DNA from: Armatimonadota bacterium
GTDB taxonomy: Bacteria; Armatimonadota; SYMT01
Assembly: GCA_041690135.1 (NCBI GenBank)
Contig: JAWLHY010000006.1
Coordinates: forward strand, 96,001 to 160,000
Length of the DNA stretch: 64,000 nt
Reading direction: 5' to 3'
Made by a program: the position numbers and the translations under genes. Positions 56,751 to 64,000 of this stretch are shown one piece after another (positions within the stretch are counted from its first letter, which is position 1; the number at the start of each line of letters is the position of its first letter). The notes under the pieces were generated by a model. It ran no database searches. It was not told the origin of the DNA and was given only the letters and a program-made list of their open reading frames with translations.

Positions 56751-57005
56751 CTTCCACAGACCTGCCTCCCCTATGGCCCCCTGCCTGCCCAATCCGCGTC
56801 CTCGCCACGGCTTGGCGCACCAATTCCGAACAATTCCCAAAGAACCGTACCCGCATGGCCAAACCACCGCTCCGCATCTTTCTAATCTTGACCATCTGTG
56901 GACTCTTCTGGCACGGCCGGCTCTCGCTCGATCACCCGTACACAAAGCGGGCTCGCCCCCAAAAGACGAGCCCGGAAAGCTTAACTGTAAGAGGGCATGC
57001 GAGAA

Positions 57006-57671
57006 CTAAACTGATCGCTGCCGCCTGAGGAAAACAACCACCCCCAGCGCCGGCAAGAAGAGCAACACCGCACCCGGCTCCGGCACAGCCGCAGGCGCAG
57101 GCACCGCCGACCCCTGAACTTCAAAGGCCCATTGGCTTTCGTCTGCGCGAACGCTCCAGGCCGCTGGCGAAAGATCGCTCCTGGACATGGCCCATCCTTT
57201 CTTCGCTTGTTTGTTCCGGAACCACAGCACGACCGCGTCCCCGGTCGCCTCTCCTGCTAACCAGTAGGTGGAGTTCGCGTTCAACACCGTTGTGCCCGAA
57301 AAGTTAGCTGCTGCCAATGCGCTCGTCGTCGGCGCCGAGGCGAGGGTCGCCGTCTCTTGCAGGGCGCCCGGCCGGCCCCCCTCGTCAGCTAGAATGTGGA
57401 CCTTAACGGCTGTGTTGCTCCCGGCATAGTGCTGTAGAGCTAGCCGAACCTGTTGGAGATAAGCGCTGCTACTTCCCACGGTGAAAGCGTTTGCGAAGAT
57501 GTAGTTTCCGGCGGATGGGCCGGCGATAGCTCCGTCCGGCGCGATGATGTACGTATCACCCGGTCCAAGGTTCGAATAGATCGTCGTCTGCGCCGCCGCT
57601 GGCCGCGCTCCCCCCAGCAGCCCCACGGCCAGCGCCAGCGCACCTAACCAACACCACCGTTGCATCTGCAT
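57006..57671 (-). CDS. PEP-CTERM surface protein (choice-of-anchor-like domain)
   Basis: Signal peptide, TTIYSNLG N-terminus, C-terminal VPEPG + TM helix + RRQR. Confidence 0.85.
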   Translation of the reverse strand: MQMQRWCWLGALALAVGLLGGARPAAAQTTIYSNLGPGDTYIIAPDGAIAGPSAGNYIFANAFTVGSSSAYLQQVRLALQHYAGSNTAVKVHILADEGGRPGALQETATLASAPTTSALAAANFSGTTVLNANSTYWLAGEATGDAVVLWFRNKQAKKGWAMSRSDLSPAAWSVRADESQWAFEVQGSAVPAPAAVPEPGAVLLFLPALGVVVFLRRQRSV

Positions 57672-57952
57672 TCCTTTCCGGCCGCCCCAGACCCCATTGC
57701 AATTTGGCAATGGAAGAGTGGCTGTTCGGTTGTAGCGCAGCTCCGTCAAACCTCCGTCAGGCGAGCGTCAAAAGCCCTGGCAAACGCCCCCCACCGGCCC
57801 TGTGTGTTACGTCGGCTCCGTCCCGGAAACCAATCAACCCTCACAGTCCCGCTGGCGAGTGGTATCCTGGCGACACACTTCATTCCCGGCGCCGGAGGAT
57901 CTAATCAGCCATCCTCCGAACGGTATTTCTCACGATACTTAGCTGGTATCAG

Positions 57953-59398
57953 ATGAAGCAGATTACCACTCTCATAGCCGAGCTTGCATCCGGCGATCTC
58001 GAGAAACGGGCCGCTGCGTGGGACGTACTCCGGAGCATAGAGCCCGATGGCCCGGTAGTCCTTGCATTAACTGACGCACTCTACGGCCACGATCGGAGGG
58101 TGCGCCAGGTCGCCGGCCGAGCACTCGCCAACATCGGCGCGGATGGGATCGACGCTCTCGCTCTCGCCCTCTCCCACTCCCGGCGATCCGTCCGAAGGGC
58201 GGCTTTCGAGGCCCTCGACGAGTTGGGTCCTGCCGCCGCCCCGGCGGCGGAGGCCTTGATGCGGGCCTTCACCGATGCGGCCCCGGAGGAGCGGCTCTTT
58301 GCGGCTCGTGTGTTGGGCAACATCGGTCCTGGTTCCGCACCCGCGGTACACGTTCTCGCCCGCGCCCTCTCGGACCCGGAGATTCGGGTGCGCCAGGCGG
58401 CGGCCCGTGCGCTCGACGAGTTGGGTCCTGTCGCCGCCCCGGCAGCTGAGGCTTTGATGCAGGCCCTCAGCGACCCGGACCATCAGATGCGGAGGATTGT
58501 TGCCCGAGTGCTGGGCAACATCGGCCCTGATGCTGCGCCGGCGGTCGCTGTCCTCGTTCACGCCCTCACTGATTCCAATAAAGATGTGCGATGGAATGCC
58601 GCCCGAGCACTGGGTAACATCGGCCCTGCGGCTGCAATAGCCGCTGAGCCTCTCACTCGCGCCCTTTCCGACTCGGATAATCCCGTACGCCAGGCAGCGT
58701 TCGAGGCATTGTGCAAGGTGGGTGCTCCCGCGGTTGGTGCTCTCGTGGAGGCCCTATCACCGGGTGACTGGACGGTGCGGAGGGATGCGGCGATGGCGCT
58801 TGGCAGGATCGGTACCGCTGCCGGGCCCGCCGTTGACGCCCTCACTCACCTCCTGTCGGATAGTAACGAGAATGTCCGACGCGCGGGCGCCGTGGCACTA
58901 GCGGGAATCGGCCCTGCAGCGCTCCCAGCCGTCGACGCCCTCTCACAAGTTCTCATTGACTCCAACCAAGGGGTGCGGCAAGCGGCAGCCCGAGCACTGG
59001 GAGCGATCGGTCCCCCCGCCGCTCGCGTTTTCACCTCACTTGTCCAGCTACTTGGCGATCCTGCGGCTAAGGTGCGGAAAAGTGCCGCCAGGGCACTTGG
59101 CTCCATCGGGGTTCGCGCTACCTTACCAACTCTGCAAGCTGCCGCCCAACTTGAAACCGCACCGGAAGTCCGCAGCGCGATCGTGGAAGCGATCCAATCC
59201 ATCGAGGAAGCCACTCACCACCTTCGCGATGTTCCCATCACCGCGACAGCACCAGCTTCCGACGCCCACCGGCTCCCACGACCCTCCTCTCCTGCACAAC
59301 TACAACCGGAAACGCTCCCAATCCCCGTCCCTCCGCAGGACGACGACTGTTCCCGTTCCAAACGCACTTCCTGGCTCACCCGCCACTTCCACCCCTAA
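57953..59398 (+). CDS. HEAT repeat protein
   Basis: About 11 repeats of L..ALSD.D..VR..AA.ALG.IGP.A.PAV. Confidence 0.88.
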   Translation: MKQITTLIAELASGDLEKRAAAWDVLRSIEPDGPVVLALTDALYGHDRRVRQVAGRALANIGADGIDALALALSHSRRSVRRAAFEALDELGPAAAPAAEALMRAFTDAAPEERLFAARVLGNIGPGSAPAVHVLARALSDPEIRVRQAAARALDELGPVAAPAAEALMQALSDPDHQMRRIVARVLGNIGPDAAPAVAVLVHALTDSNKDVRWNAARALGNIGPAAAIAAEPLTRALSDSDNPVRQAAFEALCKVGAPAVGALVEALSPGDWTVRRDAAMALGRIGTAAGPAVDALTHLLSDSNENVRRAGAVALAGIGPAALPAVDALSQVLIDSNQGVRQAAARALGAIGPPAARVFTSLVQLLGDPAAKVRKSAARALGSIGVRATLPTLQAAAQLETAPEVRSAIVEAIQSIEEATHHLRDVPITATAPASDAHRLPRPSSPAQLQPETLPIPVPPQDDDCSRSKRTSWLTRHFHP

Positions 59399-59495
59399 CC
59401 GCCGCCGCTTCCGTGGCCGGCAGGCGCCACCCGAATCACTGGCGAACCACCTCCCACCCTGCCCAATCTGTGAAATCTGTGGCTCCCCCATCACC

Positions 59496-62400
59496 TCACG
59501 CCGCGTACCGCCCCGCATCCACTTCCCGCGCCTGCCCCAGCGACACCAGCGTCGCCAGCAGCATCTCCAACCGGTCGACCCGCGCCCCCTTGAAGCCCGC
59601 CGCCAGCTCCTTCGCGCCCGCCACCGCGCCGTAGGCCACCAGCGCCGCCCGCACGGCCCGCGCCTGCTCTGGCAGCGACTTCGGCCACGCGATCTTCTCC
59701 GCTTTGGCCGCCTTCACCACCGGGGCCGCCTCGTCGCCGGTATCCAGCGCCGTCTGTCCCGCTCCCTGCGGGTTCTGGAACTCGGGCCGCAGCCAGCGGA
59801 CCAGCCCCCGCCGCTCCTCCGCCGCCCGCTCCGCGTTCAGGGCCACCACGCGCTCCAGGATCTCCTCGTCGGTGAGCGTCGCCGGCCACCCATATGCCGC
59901 GAACACCGCCGCATCCAGGTCGTCGTGGATCTGCTTCAGCACCGAGACCAGCCCCTGCTCGTGGACCACCTTCTCCTTCTCCGTCAGCGCCTCTCCCGCC
60001 CGCAGCTTCTCGAGTACGGCATATATATCTGTGAGCGTGAGAGATGGATACAGAGCCTGCTGACGCTTGCGATGGAGGTCCAGTTGCTCGCCAACCAGCC
60101 GTATAGAGTTCTTCTGAGCGAGTTGCGCATCCGGAAACGGAAATGGATCAAAGCATCGGGTCTTGGTGTACCGCGGGTCGTTTCCAATTCCAAGTCGACT
60201 GCCCGCAGCCAAAGCCCAGGTAACGTGAATACGAGATGAAAGAACTCCCAGGTGAAAGGCATCACTAGAGGCGAACGCAATAAGCATGTTGTCCGGGAGT
60301 ACCCGTTCAGGGAGAAAGACGAAATACCTTCGACGAGCTGTCTCAATCGTCGCGATGTATCGATCAAGACCAGCAAGCGCTTTGCGTAGTTCCGGCCTGG
60401 GTTTTCCGAACAACCACCAGAAGGCTGCATACTGACTGGCGTCAGCAGTTCGGCCCGCACTGGCATCCCGTTCCGGTTTGACGCGTTCGTGAACCCACTG
60501 GTAGACTTCGGGGAAACGAACTCGCACGGATTCAGCGTCCAGTCCGAAAAGGTCGATTACCATCACCCCTCGGGCTTTGGCACTCAAGTCTCGCCCGTTC
60601 AAATAGGGACGGATATGCGCCTCCATCCCCTGAAGTCTACCGAGACCGAGTTGGGCTGCTTCCACTGGCGTGACGATAAAGCCGCTCCCGTGGAGCTTGA
60701 CACCGGGGCTGCATAGACGGTCATTTGCCCGAAGTGCCAATGCCCCCGCAACGTCAGCACCGATGCTGAGGTCCGAGTGAAGCTTGCCTAAACGCCCCAT
60801 CAGCTTTACTTCGCAACCATCGCCATCTCCTGGAAGCTCTGAGGTCACACGCTGCAGCAGACCTGATTGTCCACCTGGGACGCCAACGGTTATGGCGATC
60901 CGGACATCTGCACCTTCTGCGGCGTCGACCCAGGGATGATCCGGGATCGCGAAGTCAAGCGATAGTGGCGGAGTCGCTGAAAGGTGACGCTGCACCACAC
61001 GCCTGTTGAACGTCTGTGGCAGGCTGTTGGTCGTGATCAAACCAAACCGCCGGACTTGACCACTCCGCACCAGATCGGCCGCCCGGTCCCACCAGTACAT
61101 CACATAGTCACTGCTTTCCGGCACTTCGGGATAGATCCGCCGCAGGGTCTCGGCGTAGCCGTCACCCAGGGCCGTGCGCATCCGCCAGTTGCCGATAAAG
61201 GGCGGGTTACCGATGATAAAGTCCGCCTCCGGCCACTCCGGCCGGTGTGGGTTCAGGTAGCGCAGCAGGGGAATGCGTGCATTCTCGTCCGGCACCTGCT
61301 CCCCGGTAACGGGGTGAGTTTTCATCGTGCGGCGGTCCCACACCGTTACTGGTTGGCCGTTCTCATCGAGCAGTGGCTCGGTGCCGTCGTAGGCCAGCAC
61401 GGCATCCCGGCACTCGATGTTGTGGAACTTCCGGATCACCGGCTCGCGGGGCAGGGCGTCCCCACGCGTGCGGAAGTGCCACTGCAGGTAGCCGATCCAC
61501 AACACCAGGTCCGTGATCGCGGCGGCGCGGGGATTGATCTCGATGCCCAGTAACTGGTGCGGGTCCACCGCCAGGCCGCTGGCGTCGTAGTCGAGGCTGA
61601 GCTGGCCCAGGCTGTCCAGTGCGTTGAGCACTTCCCCTTCCAGCCGCTTCAGGTGCTCCAGCGTTACATAAAGGAAGTTGCCGCTCCCGCACGCCGGGTC
61701 CAGCACCCGCACGTTGCACAGGTCGCGGTGGAACTTCCGCAGGATCTCGGCGGCCGCCGGCGTATTTCCCTCCCGCTGGGCGGTGAGGGCGGCCGCCTGC
61801 ACGTCGGTCCACTCCTCGCGCAGCGGCTCGATAATGGTGGGCATCACCAGCCGCTCCACGTAGGCGCGGGGCGTGTAATGCGCCCCCAGCTTGTGCCGCT
61901 CCACCGGGTCGAGGGCCCGCTCCAGCAGCGTGCCGAAGATCGCGGGTTCCACGTCCCGCCACTCCGCCTCGCTGGCGCGGATCAACAACCCCAACTGCTC
62001 GCTGGTGAGAGGCAGCGCCTCCACGTTCTCAAACAGACCGCCGTTGAACTGCAGCAGCTTCTGGCGCACGATGGGCGAGAACCCGCCGTGGTTCATAGCT
62101 TCCCACAGGCTGCGGACCATATCCGGAAACAGGTGCGGCTCGTCCCGGAGGTCCTGGAGCAATTTCGTGAAGCTCTCGGAGGGAATGAGCCGCACGTCCT
62201 CCGCGAACATGGTGAAGATGCAGCGCATCAGGAACTGCGCCACCGCCTCCGCGGCGTGGCCCGAGGCCTCCAGCGACTTCGCCAGCACTGCGAGCTGCTG
62301 GGCCACCTCGCGGGTCACGCGGGCGCTGCGCCGGCTGGGGTCGAGGGCCAGCGGGTCGAGCCAGAGACCGCGCAGGCGCTCGCGGATCTCCGGTCGCGCC

Positions 62401-62951
62401 AGGTCGGCCAGCAGGATCCGGTGGCTGCGCGGGTCGGGAAACGGGATGTACGTCTTCCCGGATCGGGAGAAGTCGGCGTAAAGCTCGATCGAATAGCCCA
62501 CGTCGACCACCACCAGGAACGGCGGCCAGCCTTCCACCAGCGGCAATGCCTTCGCGTACTGCTCGGCCTGCCCGCGGGCCGCGAGCATCGCGTCGTCCCA
62601 ACCCTGCGTGCCGCGGGTGGCCGTCCCCTTCTTCTGCTTCTTGCTCTTGCCATCCAGCCCCGGGGCCGGCGCGCGATCGCTCCCCTGCTTAGCTTCCAGC
62701 ACAAAACAGGCTCGCCGGTACAGGTCAATGCGGCCGACGCTGGTGGTCCCGTCCCCATTCTGGAAGGTCACCGACCGTTCGAAGACGTAGTCGTTCTCCG
62801 CGTCATCCGGCTGGGTTGGGTTCGGCCGGGGCACGCCCAGCACGTCGCACAATTCGGAAAGGAAAAGCTGGTAGTTTGCCCGCTCGGCCGCACCGGAGCG
62901 CGACCAGCGGTCCAGAAACGCCTGCAGATCGGAGGGTTCAATCTCGTGCAT
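59496..62951 (-). CDS. MmeI-like type IIL restriction-modification enzyme (nuclease + adenine methyltransferase + TRD)
   Basis: GRIDLY...VLEAKQ (PD-ExK), [36 protein letters not shown], target-recognition region, DPFPFP; start set at MHEIEP. Confidence 0.88.
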   Translation of the reverse strand: MHEIEPSDLQAFLDRWSRSGAAERANYQLFLSELCDVLGVPRPNPTQPDDAENDYVFERSVTFQNGDGTTSVGRIDLYRRACFVLEAKQGSDRAPAPGLDGKSKKQKKGTATRGTQGWDDAMLAARGQAEQYAKALPLVEGWPPFLVVVDVGYSIELYADFSRSGKTYIPFPDPRSHRILLADLARPEIRERLRGLWLDPLALDPSRRSARVTREVAQQLAVLAKSLEASGHAAEAVAQFLMRCIFTMFAEDVRLIPSESFTKLLQDLRDEPHLFPDMVRSLWEAMNHGGFSPIVRQKLLQFNGGLFENVEALPLTSEQLGLLIRASEAEWRDVEPAIFGTLLERALDPVERHKLGAHYTPRAYVERLVMPTIIEPLREEWTDVQAAALTAQREGNTPAAAEILRKFHRDLCNVRVLDPACGSGNFLYVTLEHLKRLEGEVLNALDSLGQLSLDYDASGLAVDPHQLLGIEINPRAAAITDLVLWIGYLQWHFRTRGDALPREPVIRKFHNIECRDAVLAYDGTEPLLDENGQPVTVWDRRTMKTHPVTGEQVPDENARIPLLRYLNPHRPEWPEADFIIGNPPFIGNWRMRTALGDGYAETLRRIYPEVPESSDYVMYWWDRAADLVRSGQVRRFGLITTNSLPQTFNRRVVQRHLSATPPLSLDFAIPDHPWVDAAEGADVRIAITVGVPGGQSGLLQRVTSELPGDGDGCEVKLMGRLGKLHSDLSIGADVAGALALRANDRLCSPGVKLHGSGFIVTPVEAAQLGLGRLQGMEAHIRPYLNGRDLSAKARGVMVIDLFGLDAESVRVRFPEVYQWVHERVKPERDASAGRTADASQYAAFWWLFGKPRPELRKALAGLDRYIATIETARRRYFVFLPERVLPDNMLIAFASSDAFHLGVLSSRIHVTWALAAGSRLGIGNDPRYTKTRCFDPFPFPDAQLAQKNSIRLVGEQLDLHRKRQQALYPSLTLTDIYAVLEKLRAGEALTEKEKVVHEQGLVSVLKQIHDDLDAAVFAAYGWPATLTDEEILERVVALNAERAAEERRGLVRWLRPEFQNPQGAGQTALDTGDEAAPVVKAAKAEKIAWPKSLPEQARAVRAALVAYGAVAGAKELAAGFKGARVDRLEMLLATLVSLGQAREVDAGRYAA

Positions 62952-63631
62952 AGGATCGCTGTTGCCGGAGCCCGGTCCTGCCCAGTGGCGCCACTCGCCG
63001 CCGCTGCCTCCGGCTCTCCTCACTCGCCGTGGGGCGCCGCCGCCGGCGCCCCACATAACGGGCGCTCGCCCGCTGGGCGGGATAGAGTTCAACAGCGCGG
63101 ACACTGTATCCTTTACCGGGCGCCCCATCCCTCCCGCGGGAAGAGTTACTGCCATGCACGCCCGCAGCTGGCCGCTAGCGACGGCCGGGTACCCACTATG
63201 TGGGTGGGGCTGGCGGGCAGGGAGCGTAAAAGGCCGAGCGAAGGGCCGAAATCACGTGAGGTCGTCACCCAGCAGGTGAGGGCCGGGGGGACTTACCGCA
63301 CAGGCTCACCGAATGCCTCGTCGCTTTCCCGACCCAAAGGAGCAAACCCTCCACTTCCCGTCCAACGGACAATCACAGGGGACCACCCTGCCCCTTCATC
63401 AAGCGTGCTGGAAGCCGGAACGATTGCGGAAAGGTCGCTCGTCAAACGAGCCGGGTGTAAAGCAGGAGTGTCACTTCCCTTAAGTACCTGTAGTATCCCG
63501 GGAGGCCTTAAACAATCAGCCCCGGCCCGAGCCTGCGCCTCAGCAAAAGTGCGTGCGGGAGTGCCAGAGCAATTGTCACGCCATTCCGAGGCCCAGAGAA
63601 GCATGAAGACCCGGCAGGACGGGTAGCCGAG

Positions 63632-64000
63632 GCAGGGTCGCCAAGCGCCGATGCAATCGGCGCGTCCACACTAAGGGCCAGAACCGAACGGGTTGGACAG
63701 GGCGAGGACCGGGGGCGTGATCGCAAGGGCTGGCGCCGGTGGAGAGGCCGAGGTGCCAGATCGGGAGGCCGAGTCAGGGTCGCGAGTTGCCAGACTGGCG
63801 TCTGGACTCCCATAGGCTCCACGACGGTGGCTGGTTGGTATTACAGGTGCGTAGACGGTGACCGCAAGGGCTGGCGCCGATGGGAGAGGCGGAGGGGGCA
63901 GAACGGGAAACCGGGGCAGGCTCGCGAAACGCCGATGCAATCGGCGAGCCCACACCAAGGGCCAGGACCGGACGGGTTGGCAGGGTGAGGACCGGCGGCG
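63632..64000 (-). repeat. BIME-like array of alternating REP families A/B/A, period about 142 bp, runs off the window
   Basis: REP-A 63632-63679, REP-B 63774-63816, REP-A 63916-63963; shared linkers cgcaagggctggcgccg (63722, 63863) and accg(a/g)acgggttgg (about 63683 and 63967). Confidence 0.78.

Noticed and set aside
62952-63155. N-terminal extension of the MmeI-like ORF
   Set aside because: Low-complexity Gly/Arg/Pro sequence; family-like sequence begins near MHEIEP at 62951.
63293-63604. 103-aa minus-strand ORF beside the REP array
   Set aside because: No recognisable motif or clear RBS; it could be a remnant but cannot be supported.
63632-64000. Possible CRISPR array (also 54013-54201)
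   Set aside because: Units are about 142-150 bp apart, linkers resemble each other, repeats alternate between two families, and there are no cas genes. This fits REP/BIME.
1-64000. tRNA, rRNA, transposase, integrase or prophage genes
   Set aside because: None recognised by eye; a tRNAscan/Infernal run would be needed to exclude small RNAs.

Overview
A GC-rich bacterial chromosomal segment, most consistent with Armatimonadota or a similar lineage. This is inferred from a prepilin/DUF1559/H-X9-DG gene, a PEP-CTERM protein, DUF4058, and SecA with large insertions. It holds about 54 supportable CDSs. Housekeeping genes include secA, prfB (with its +1 frameshift), dusB, coaX, dapL, an RlmK/RlmI-like methyltransferase, a family II PPase, kptA and an OmpH/Skp protein. 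There are also many secreted or membrane proteins and an MmeI-like type IIL restriction-modification gene. I found no rRNA, tRNA, CRISPR array, transposase or integrase. The main signal is a regulatory cluster at 25.3-28.3 kb: a SigB/F-type sigma, a STAS protein lacking its phosphoacceptor Ser, an ANTAR response regulator and an ECF sigma. Both sigma genes sit behind 5' leaders that share one RNA architecture (bulged hairpin, ACNGGCCNAG, intrinsic terminator), a candidate undescribed attenuator or riboswitch. Other notable signals: a four-helix-bundle gene bracketed by inverted hexamer-repeat arms inserted into an operon, with solo copies of the repeat across the window; several REP-like families including a BIME-like array; a C39-like peptidase with Cys replaced by Ser; and a degenerate PilB/GspE ATPase. 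All structures and alignments were read by eye, and no computation or database search was run.
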